A stretch of DNA of 58,758 nt, counting the filler, from Thelocarpon superellum (Eukaryota): the NCBI GenBank assembly GCA_026025795.1. It is 3 parts of 3 records of this genome, joined end to end, with 100 filler letters (N's around TTAATTAATTAA, not from the genome) between each part and the next. Parts side by side here need not be neighbours in the genome. Positions count along the whole stretch, not along the records: positions 39,369 to 58,758 come from JAPEUG010000345.1; 2 more parts are not named here. The stretch is one strand, 5' to 3'. The notes beneath the pieces are model-generated. The model was not told the DNA's origin, made no database searches, and saw only the letters and a program-made list of their open reading frames with translations. Positions 48,732 through 58,758 of the stretch are shown here, piece by piece (the first letter of the stretch is position 1; every line of letters begins with the position of its first letter). Both the position numbers and the translations under genes were made by a program.

Positions 48732-49213
48732 ATGGTAAGTCGTCCTTCACCCCGCCCCATCCGCGACTTTACCTTCTGATGCATACTCCACACCCTACCT
48801 CTCAATCCTTCAAATCCAGTCCAGGTTCCACAAGAAGATACCTTCGCCAGCCATTTTACCCCCGTTGCACAAACATCGTCCCCATGCATCCCTCTGACAA
48901 TAGGGCTCTGTGGGCAAGGGAAGGCGCTGACGAAGCTCACCATGCACCAGGCCCAAACCCCCCAGCAAAAGAAAGCCAATGAGCGGTATGCACGCCAGGA
49001 GGCATCGAAGCGCGGCAAGCCCGAGAGCGCGATCAAGCAGAAATCAAAGTTCAAATCGCCCATTTCCACGGGCTGGATTGGTGAGTGTGGAGCGTGGTTG
49101 CGTCGTGACCATTGCTTGACCCACAGCTGACGACTCCCCGTCTCGTACTAGTCGTCCTCGCTTTCATCCTCTGCGGCGGCCTCGTCTTTGAATTAGTACG
49201 ATTGTTCTTCTGA
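48732..49213 (+). CDS. YSY6: Stress-associated ER protein RAMP4/SERP1 (Ysy6); 3 exons
   Basis: Exons 48732-48734 (ATG only), 48951-49080, 49152-49213 give MAQTPQQKKANERYA..RGK..KSPISTGWIVVLAFILCGGLVFELVRLFF. Confidence 0.92.
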
Positions 49214-49426
49214 AGATGAAGACGATTCTTTGCTGCGTCGGAACATGTGGGGGATGGTTGGATGCATGCAAGCTGAAATAAGGAGGAAACACGTCTCTTG
49301 GGACATTGGCATCGTGGCGCGGCTAGGCCCTGTACTCTCCCATTGTAAAGGTATCTTTGGACTTTGAGCATGATCAGGCATCCGCGTGTGGGTTTTCAGC
49401 GAAACGTCTATCCAAGTTAATCCTTT

Positions 49427-51415
49427 CTACGAATCATCCATGCGTACATCGCCATCGCCATCCCCATCCTGGTCCTCATCCTCGTCACTGTCACTTGAGT
49501 CATCGCTCGAGTCATCACTTTCATCCCCTACACCATTCATCTCTCCCGCCTTCCCCTTCCCCTTTCCCTTCCCCTGATCTTGACCCTCGATCCTACTTGG
49601 GGCGCGCTTCCCCGTCAACTCAGCAAACTTGATCAGGCCCGCCTCCGTCGCGACGTTCTTAGCCTGGGCGCGAAGCACGCGCGCCGCCTTGTTGTACTCG
49701 ATGAGCTCGAGGCGCGAGCGCACGCGCTCTTGCTTATCCGTCTCCAGCGTACCGTCATGCAGCACGCGCCGGCCCTTGATGTCAATCAGCTCCAGCGGGG
49801 TCAAGAGCGCCGCGGGTGGCTCGATGCCCTTCTCTGTGCAGTACTCTAGTGCCCGCTGCCGCACCACGCCCTCTTGCTTCATGTCGGCTGCTTCGATGGC
49901 TCGGCGTAGCTTCCGTCGGACTTTGTGGTTGTACTTCATCGTTGTTGCGTCCGTCGCGTCGCCGTACCCTGTGCCATCGTCGAGGGAGATGAATTCGCCC
50001 GGTCCGTCCTCGATCGCGCCGTGCTGTGATGAGAAGTGTCGCGCCTTGGACTCGTCGGCGATCTGGCCTAGGTCTACGCGTCCCTTCTTCTGCGTTGACT
50101 TCGGTGTGGTCCCTGCCGCCGCTCGCTCAGCAGCTTCTAGCTTTTCGAAATCCACTTCCACGCCTTTCATGCCCAGTGCTCGCGGCTTGATGTCCTCGAC
50201 GCCTGGCGTGTTGGCCAGAGTGAATCCCAGCGCCGTGCAGGCCTCCATGGCCAGTCGTCGCTCTGTCCGGTTGATCTCGACCATCACGGTCTTGGCGGCC
50301 TCTTGCTCTACCCGCTGAATCTTCCGCTTATATTCCTTCTCGCGGGCTGCGGACGAGTCAGCAAACGGCCATCGGAGACACAGGGAGGCACCTTACCTTT
50401 AATCGCCTTCCACTCCTGTTTGATGTCTCGGTAGACTCGTCGCTTCTCGTCTCTCGCCGCTCGACGCTCCTGCTTCCCCGCCTGTTGCCGCTCTCGCAGC
50501 GCTTTCCGCTCTGCCGCCTTCCGCTTCTTTTCTCTCACCACGCGTCGCTCAAGCTGGTCATCTGAAAGATCCCATAACGCTAGCCAGTCCTCTTCACCTT
50601 CAGGCAGCGAGAGGCTCTTGGGGACGACAGGTTTGGGCGGAGGAGGCCGAGGCAGCATTGCTTCGAGCTTTCGTTGCTGCGTCTTGCTCCGTCCTGGAAC
50701 CATATCCATCATGCCCGCGCCGGAGGGTGCACCCACGGAGTTCCGATTGCCAAGGTCCATCAAGGCTAGGCGATCTGGGTTGACGCCATTTTGGGATGGG
50801 GCAATGGCGCGGACCGTGGACAGAGCCTGGGACTTTTCACTCCCCGGTGTCCCGTTTGGTCCCGAGTGGCCTGCTAGCTTCGCCGCTTCTCTCGCGGCCG
50901 CTCGCTCCTTGGCGCGCTCGAGAGACTCGAGACTCACGACCGCCCCGTCCTCCAGCGTCGTGACAGGCCCGATATTGAACATGGCGCCCGAAGGATCGTG
51001 TACGGCTGCCAACCGTTGCGCCTGTTTCACCGCCTCACCCCAGATCCTCCTCCGCTCCGTCTCGATGTCACGGCGCCGATTCCGTTCGGCATTCTTGTTG
51101 TACTTTTCCGGGTTCTTGGTCTATCGTCGAATGACTCTCAGCTACTGCGGGGAGGTGGGGAGGAGGTGAGTGAACGCACCATACGTCGCAAAATCGTAGC
51201 ATTGAGCTTCCGCTGCTTCTTCTCGTCGGCCTTCCTCGTCCGCTTTTCTCGCCGCGCCGCCACGCGATATTCCCGGAGGCGCTGCTTGCGCTCCCACTCT
51301 GCATCTGCACGAATGAATCAGCGGACGAACCCTCATCCTCGGCAGAGCACCTACTTTTTTCGTTTTGCGGCCCTTGGCCTTTCACTCCCAACGGCTCAAG
51401 ATTTGCGTTGTCCAT
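49427..51415 (-). CDS. Hypothetical Lys/Arg/Glu-rich coiled-coil protein with acidic C-terminus; 4 exons
   Basis: Exons join in frame: MDNANLEPLG.. / NAEWERKQRLREYR.. / TKNPEKYNKNAER..PPPPKPVVP..GEEDWLALWDLSDDQLERR..WKAIK / AREKEYKR..YNHKVRRKLRRA..DGTLETDKQERVRSR..DESDDSSDD. Introns are GT-AG. Confidence 0.8.
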
Positions 51416-51917
51416 GGCGAGCCGCCCCACGTCAGTCGGTGAATGACGACGTCGCCCAGGCGATAGAGAAGGTATTCTCGCGAGAACATGAGCTTTTCAA
51501 TGCTCCTCCTTCAATGCGGAGGCTAGGGACGTCCCCTCGACGACTTTGCCCGGCTTGAGTTCTTCCAATGGGCAGCATTCCACTACAGAAGACATGCTAC
51601 CGGACTTGTGCGGCGGTGAGACGAAATCTTGGCGTTGCCTCGCTTATCGCTGATATAATACGGTAGCGCCACGAGACCAACGGTGCAGTCTTCCGTAAGC
51701 TCCAGGGCGCCCGAGATGACCTAACATTAGTTGCGTCTTCCCCAGGCACACACACTACCTCTCGATCCTACCACTCAACCTGGAGACGACGAGGTTGAAC
51801 TTCTCGAAGATGGCAATATATGGATGCCGCCCGGAGGAGATGATACACCTTGCAATGCGATGGCTCGATCTCCCCAATGCCGTCTTCGTGCTTCGTTGCA
51901 GGTCATGCAACGGTCCG

Positions 51918-54900
51918 TTAGGATGTCTCCGTCCCTGCAATATCATCCGTCGCAGGTATATGCTCGCCTTCTCGCACCTTCTTCTTCATCTTCTTGGGGC
52001 TCTTTCCTACCGCTTTCTTTTTCCTCCGAGTGACCACCAACTCGTTCGTGACTGCCTGGCCCGGCTCTGCCGTGGCTGCCCCAGGCACTGCGCTCGGCTC
52101 GTCATGACCGACGAGCTTCGCAGGCGGCTTCTTCTTCTTCTTTCGCTTCACCACGGTCCCTTCCGGCGGCACTCCTTGAGCCGCCTGAATGCGCTCGGCG
52201 GCCCGCTGCATCTCGAGGCGTAGCCGTTCCACCTCCTTGATCGCGCGTGCCATCTCCTGCTCGTCCTCCTCCTGTCGCCGGATGTCAAGCGCCGCAGGGA
52301 GACGGTCAGCACCAGCGCCCTCGAATGAGAAGCCGCCAAGACCACTCGAATCCACTTGCAAGATTGACCGCTTCTCCTTTGCGGCGGATCGTGATGCAGC
52401 CCCGTCACTGTCAGACACGGACGCCTGTGGGTCAGGGCGGCCCGGCAACAGCCCATCGATCCCGGAGAGATTCTCGTCCATGGTGATATCGAACCTTTCG
52501 CGCTCTGTCTCGCCCCGGCGATCTTGTGCCGCCGCTGGTCGAGCCAGCATGTCGGCAGCGGTGGGATCGAGATCGAGCTTCATGATGGGAATAGAATCGA
52601 GATCGACATCCGCACCGTTGCTGGTGCGTAAGATATTGTGAAGAGGACTCGAGACTCCTGAGTCGTTTCCCTCCCCGCCAATGTAGAAGGGATCATCTTT
52701 GTTCCGCTCACGACGCTCGGCTCGCCGCCGTGCTACCACTTCTGCGTCCACCTGACCATCTCCCGGCTGCTGATAAGAGGGTGACGGCGGCTTGGACTCC
52801 TTCAGTCGATTCACAGCCGGCTCGGTCCGCTTGGAGTCGATTGGCCGTTCATAGTAGAAGCGTTGGAACTCATCGTGCTCGCCGTCTTCCACCACGTCCA
52901 GACCGGGCACCTGCAACACATCTTGGAGATTCGCATTGATGGGCGCTTCCAAATCCAGACCATCCGGAAGGGGCACCTTGCGTTGCGCCCCCGGCGCGAC
53001 CGGATTGAGTTCGAGCCCCTGGAACAATGAGGGAATGATTTGAGCGACGATCATCGGCGCGTCCCTCCGCGCTTCACCGCCAACGGACACCGAGTGAGCG
53101 GACACGGCTTCCGCCGCGAGCCGCATCAGCTCAAGGAACTCGACCGCGCGCTCTTGCACCTCGAGGCTTGGATGGGACGTCAGGTTCTCGAGATGATGCA
53201 CCACCCGTGCAATCAGGAGCGACGTCATCGTCTGACGTTCGGCGTCCCAGTCCACATCGGTACGCCCGACCAAAGCCGCAAAAACCTTAGGAATGGCCTG
53301 TAGGTAGGTCGCGAGCGTCTCGGCGGGTAATGATGTGTTCCGTGGATGCAGCAAAGCGGTCAACGTGTCATCTGGATAGGCCAGGAGGGACGCGTACTCG
53401 CCCACGGTCCAGGCCGCCGGACCCAGAGCTCCGGCGCCAGTCCGATTCGTCGATGAGGATGCTCGTTCCGCCGCGTTGCCGACGAGTAGACCTTCCGCTG
53501 CGCGCGTGGCCATCCCCCGGACTTGTTTGACCCGGACTGCCACGTTCTGGAGCTCGAGACCAATCGTCAAAGAGACCTCTGGTTCGGGCCAGCCATTCCC
53601 CCCCAAGCTCACCACCCCGCCACCACTCCGGGCCGGCGTGAGGCGTACCAGCTGTACAAGTACGTCAAGATACCAGTGGAAGTCAAGCACGTTGGCGTAG
53701 GTGTCACGAGAACACATGTCGAGGATTCTTCGAATCACACCGATCCGGTAGTCGACCGGAAGTGGTGGAGGTGGCTCGGCACCACGGTCAGCCGGCTTGA
53801 GACTCTCCTCGGGATCTTCTCCGTCCGAGTCAGCCGCTGCTTCCACGCCGCTGTCCAGGCCCAGGTCATCCGTCAAAGTATCGGGGCCGGCGGATGGCGG
53901 GGCTGTCCGGAGCTGGCGCATGAGACGTCCCACTACTGCGACGAGGTTGTCACGGTCGACCATGCCGACGACAAGATCAAGCGCCCGTAAGCGGATGGAG
54001 ATGTCCGCATCGTCGACACACGCGATTATCACGTCTTGATGGAGTGACACGAGATGTGGGTGGGACGCCACAATCTTTTCAAAGGCCAAGAGGGCGACGT
54101 ATTTGACTGCAACTCATCAGCGTCATCGTGCGGTCGTCAGAACATCTTCACTCACGATTCCGGTCGCCCTCAGTCACAATCATGCCACGCAGCTTTCCCA
54201 CGCACAGGCTGGCGATATCCTCGCCCTCGCTCGTCCCTTCGGCGCCCTGCAGAATGCCCCCCTGGATGATTCCATTGATGCATTCGTAAAGTAGGGACAT
54301 GGCCGGCGTGGTTTGGATGATGGACGTGAGCGGTGGGAGTAGCTTTCGGACCAAGCGGGGCTCCAACGGCGTCAATGTTGCAAACTGGTGTCCGTCGGTC
54401 AGCTTGTGATGTTCCAGGGAGCGCGGAAGCAGCGGGTGGAGCTCACCAGCTTGATGATCTTGATGGCCATCCAATTGTTGCCCCCATCCACGAGCAGGTC
54501 GAACAGTCGTGGGGCTAGCGCCAGGAAGTCCTGTGGGCGCCGCCAGCCCAGCTCACAGATGACATTCACGATGGCCACAGTCACGGTCAAGTCCTCCTGC
54601 TCGTCCATGAGACGCTCCTTGATCTTGGGCCAAGCTGCGCGCAGGGTCTCGGGGTAGACCAGCGCAAGACGGTACAGCGTCACAATGGTCTTCTTGCGGA
54701 TGACTGGTTGTGAGTGCGTCAACCGAGGGAGGAGGTCGGGTAGGAGCGACAGGGCGAGGGACGGGGTGATGAGGTGCGGGATCGTGACAAGTGGCAGGGC
54801 CATGGTCGTCAGGACTGGCGACGTCAAGTCCTACGGCCGCGTTAGACAAAGTGACCCCGGCTCCCGCGATATCGCGCACCTTCTTCAGCAGATTCGTGGC

Positions 54901-55315
54901 TAGCATCAAGACGTCCGTCTTTGGTCCAAAGCTCTGAACAGCCCCGAGATAGCCCACCCGCTTCTGGAGATACTTCGGGGATGACATGACCTCGAGCACA
55001 TGAAAGGAAGCCCAGGACATGTCATGCCCGAACATCTCCAGGTACACAAGCTTTAGCAGCGCCGTCGCCTTGAGATCTGTCCCCATCCGTCGGTCAGTCG
55101 CGGTGCGCGCTGGGGAAAGCGGGCCGGGTCCAGAACATACCCATATCCTGTCCGCGGATCTCGGCTCGACATTCCTTCAAGCTGTTCTGGATATACTCCT
55201 TCTCATTCCCCTTGTGGTTCCGCAGTCCTCGGATGAGGTCGTACAGGGATTTTTCGAACCTGTCAATCAGGTCAGTCCATGGTGCTGTGCGTTTTCCGAA
55301 GCCAGGATCCTACAT
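51918..55315 (-). CDS. APL5: AP-3 adaptor complex subunit delta; multi-exon
   Basis: MFEKSLYDLIRGLRNHKG, LLKLVYLEMFGHDMSWASFHVLEVMSS, QKRVGYL, NNWMAIKIIKLF..LTPLEPRL, AMSLLYECI, DISIRLRALDL, LEVQERA, ELNPVAPGAQRKVPLPDGLDL, DDPFYI. Confidence 0.96.
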
Positions 55316-55820
55316 GGTTGTTTTGTGGATGAGGACGTCCCCCAGAGCCTGGTCAGAGGTTCACGAGCCCAGGCGGTGCTCAGCAGCCCGGAGTGAAGCC
55401 GCGATTCCCGCTTCCGAGGCGGAAGTGCAAAGACGTGCCAGCGGGGACGGACTCAACATGCTTCATGACCTGTCCACTGTTCCACGCTCAGCGGCCACCC
55501 ACACCTCCAACAACGCCGCATCTGATGGGCACGTCGGTATCGTGGTCTGCGGAGCCGTCCGTCTCTACCTGCGATGCAGCATTGATATGGTGGGGCGGAA
55601 ACGTCACCCCCACGGGCACGAATCGTAGACGCTATGCCACTTCGGGACGGCGGAGCTCTGCCACTCCGACGACGGAAGCTTCAATCTGCCCATTCCGTAA
55701 CCCGATCGATCACCAGCAGCTACGGCATCAACGTGATCTGAATCTGCTACCGTCGGCGCGACATCGTCGGTGCATGTTTAGATTCATCGTCAGCCTTTTC
55801 TCCAACGTGGCTCACACAAC

Positions 55821-56980
55821 ATGGTAACCTCCCTACTTCTTCCTCCGGCGCAGCAGTCGCCGGCAGAGGCACTTCAGCACTCGCAGCAGGCGCCTCTGGT
55901 CCTACAAGGCTCAAAGACTACCCTACCCTCGATCCCTTTCCTCTCAAACCTCCTCGATGCCGAATCAGCGGAGCGCTGGAAGGTCTACCAGAATCTGTTC
56001 CTCTCCTGCATTCGCACACGCGACGACCGGTCTGCGCGGTTATGCCTGGAACAGCTGCGCGACCGGTTCGGGCCCTCCAACGCGCACGTCATGGCGCTCG
56101 AGGGCATGTTCGAGGAGGCTGTCGCACAAGATGACGCAGCGTTGCGGAACGTGCTGGCAGATTACGAGTCGACGTTGGCCGAAGACCCGACCAACATGGT
56201 CTGCCTTCCTGTTCCATCTTTCTCCCACCCCTTCTCAGCCATGACTGACTCCATGCGATATCAGCCGATTGCCAAGCGCCGGGTTGCGCTCCTGCGATCC
56301 ATGTCACGAACGAGCGATGCCATCGGCGCGTTGGTCGAGCTGCTAGACGCCTCTCCGACCGACGCCGAGTCTTGGTCGGAACTATCGGACCTATACTTCA
56401 CCGAAGGGCTCTACCCGCAGGCCATCTTCAGTCTGGAAGAGGTTCTTCTAATCATGCCCAATGCATGGAATGTATGTGCCCGCTAGTCAAGACATGTGTC
56501 GTGACTGATCTGGGCTTGACAGATCCATGCACGAATGGGCGAGATCGTCTACGCCTCGGCCCCCGTCGGAGCTGGATCGGAAGGCGACTTGGAGCGAAAG
56601 GCGGTCGAGGCGATGCGCTGGTTCTGCCGGAGCATCGAGCTCTGCGACGACTTCCTGCGTGGCTACTACGGACTCAAGCTCGTGAGCGTCCGCATCGACT
56701 CCCTTCCTCGAATCCAAGCTGACCCGTCATACAATGGTAGACCACGGGACGATTACTCTCCATGCCACAATCGACGGGAAAATCGGCCGCGGCGAGCGAT
56801 GCTGTTGCCCCTCCGTCGCGGATCGAGGTGGAAAAATTGAATCAAGTCGCGACGGCAAAGCTGGCGGAGATCATCCGGCGGGCGTCGACAGCGGAAGCAG
56901 GCTGGACAGGATATGCTCAGTCGGAGCTTATCGCGGCGCGGGAACTCCTTGATCGAGACGCGCAGGCGATAGTGCGATGA
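55821..56980 (+). CDS. EMC2: ER membrane protein complex subunit 2 (TPR protein, Emc2/Oca3-like); 4 exons
   Basis: Exons 55821-56198, 56265-56471, 56523-56681, 56741-56980. LEQLRDRFG, EDPTNMPIAKRRVALL, PTDAESWSELSDLY, AIFSLEEVLLIMPNAW, FCRSIELCDDFLRGYYGLKL. Confidence 0.92.
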
Positions 56981-58758
56981 GCGAGCTTGTGACTGCCCAT
57001 TGTACATATTGAATCCTAATTGGCCGGCGATGGTCCCGTCTTCGACCAAGATGTAAGTCCCAAAGACGGCCAGGCGCAGGAAGCACGTGGACCGGTGCTG
57101 CCCAAGGGGGACAGGCCCGTGGCCCTGGCCCGCCGAGACTTTTCTGCCGTGACTCATGAGGTCCTCTTGGGTCCGGACACAGCGACTTGAGTCGACGGGC
57201 AGTTATCAGCTGTAGCGCATGATGACTCGCGCTGCCGTAGCCCGCTGCAAGCCCGTGGCTCGGGCCTGTGGAGAAACGTGGTGAAGCCAGATGGGCCGCA
57301 TCTCTATCGAATCCGGGTCCGACGCCGCCCATGGATGCCCTACTCAGATGATGTACGGCAGAGGCCGAGAAGGGCGCACGGGGCCAGCTTCTTATCCAAC
57401 TTTGGTCCCGAGGCAATGGCAGCCAGTCAGCTTGGGCCGCGCCGGCCAACGTGATTGGGCGTCCTTCGTTGATCACCCCGGGCGTGCGTGGCGTGGGTGG
57501 GCGATTGGGTATGCTTCCGCTCCCGCCGAGACGGAACAGCTGGCGGCCATTTTCGATGACGCTCTCCAGCGTCACGCGGTGGCGTAGATGGCAATCCCAC
57601 TTTGCGGTCGGACTTCAGACGCGACGATGGCTCTTTCGTTCTTCACCTCGCTACCGTCTTGAGACCCTTACCCTCGGAGGCGGGCCGGGCCCGACCGGGC
57701 GGAGACATGGGAGACGAGCGTGCACGCTGAGGCCAATCCACTCGAGCGATGGATACGACCGGTCCACGGCGCGCGGGTGCTCCCTCTAGAGTGCCGCGAA
57801 TGCATGTAACGCCGCGGTCTGGCAAGAGCGAAAGCTTGGTCGTGGTCTTTTGAGGCGACACATGTCAGCCAATGATGGGGTTGAGAATGAGCCTTCCGTC
57901 TTGCTCTAGACCCATGCACACGTCGGGCTCATCCGCTGCCTTAGCTGAACTGACGGGTAGCGGTACGTCGTCTCTCAGGCGACAACGCGCTCACCACCCT
58001 GGGGCTACTATCGTGGACGCTCATGGTCGCTCCTAGGTGCATACCCCCGTCCCCCGGGGTCTTCCATGACTTCAAACGATGGGCGGGCACATTGGAAGGA
58101 GCCCCTACGCTCCGCGATTCCGCCAATTTTGCGGAATTAGAGTGGGTCGCGGGGGCTTCACCGCCTTTGCCCCTTGTGGGAGTCGGTGCATTTGAGGTGT
58201 CATCGATGGACGTTTACGCATCCGTCACGCATCTGTCAGGCATCGTCAGTGAGATCCACGCGGCCGGGTACCTCTCCACAGCTGCGCCGATCTTCGCCTG
58301 CTTTGGTGTAGATTACTGGTAGTTGTGGTTGCGGATGGGGGTGTGTGTTACGCGCACTCTGCTTGGCTCATGATTTATTTAGTTGTGGTTCTAGGGTCCC
58401 AGGCAGATTTCATGTCGTCGTGCCAGAGGCTCCGATTAGCGCCACGGGTCCCACCGGCCAGCACACCCGCAGCATACCAGACCCCTTCCATCCCTCTACC
58501 TCCCCTCGGCGTATGCATACAAAGACTGCGCCATGTCACCCTGCTTCATGCTGCCAAAGGATCCTCCCCATTGTCGGTGCTGCTCGTCCTTGATACCGTG
58601 AATACTCTCGACTCCGTCACCAGCCTTTCACCTTGGTCTTGCTGCTGCACTGCATCAAATCTCTCGATAATTTGGACGCACTGGTACCCTCGCATAGAGT
58701 CAGCCCTCTAACGCAAACGGCCGGCTCCATTCGCCCGCCCAAGTAAGGGGGGTCGGCT

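Noticed and set aside
13357..56980. Apparent cluster of membrane-trafficking/ER genes (nonaspanin, arrestin, Vsb1-like, RAMP4, APL5, EMC2)
   Set aside because: All are common housekeeping genes interspersed with unrelated ones and spread across artificially joined pieces.
56981..58758. Short ORFs at the right end of the window
   Set aside because: No coherent reading frame, splice pattern or recognisable motif on either strand.

Overview
Eukaryotic, GC-rich filamentous-ascomycete (Pezizomycotina-type) genomic DNA with short GT-AG introns and CTRAY branch points. Two identical 100-nt spacers (44 N + TTAATTAATTAA + 44 N) at 19738-19837 and 39269-39368 split the window into three pieces, so gene adjacency across them is not guaranteed. 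Piece 1 holds an Sln1-type hybrid histidine kinase, an orphan ORF, an F-box-like/LRR-like protein, a secreted Thr-rich protein with a collagen-like (G-S/A-P)19 tract, a TM9SF/EMP70 nonaspanin and an alpha-arrestin. Piece 2 holds a DDT/WHIM/PHD chromatin protein, about 5.9 kb with no recognisable gene, a MATA-HMG-box transcription factor (not MAT1-2-1), PSF1, a Vsb1-like SulP/STAS/cNMP transporter and a 5'-truncated mitochondrial-type ProRS. Piece 3 holds an IRC20/SHPRH-like helicase-ligase, a small accessory interval (possible relic ORF plus an 18-Cys secreted precursor), an INA17-like gene, RAMP4/YSY6, a basic coiled-coil hypothetical protein, AP-3 delta (APL5) and EMC2. No tRNA, rRNA, CRISPR array or intact transposon was recognised. 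Most of the window is housekeeping genes, and I cannot demonstrate a new multi-gene system. The best leads are the modular Cys-rich secreted precursor, the collagen-like secreted protein, the HMG regulator with its long upstream region, and several unusual splice architectures. Exon boundaries were read by eye and family assignments rest on recalled motifs, not database searches.
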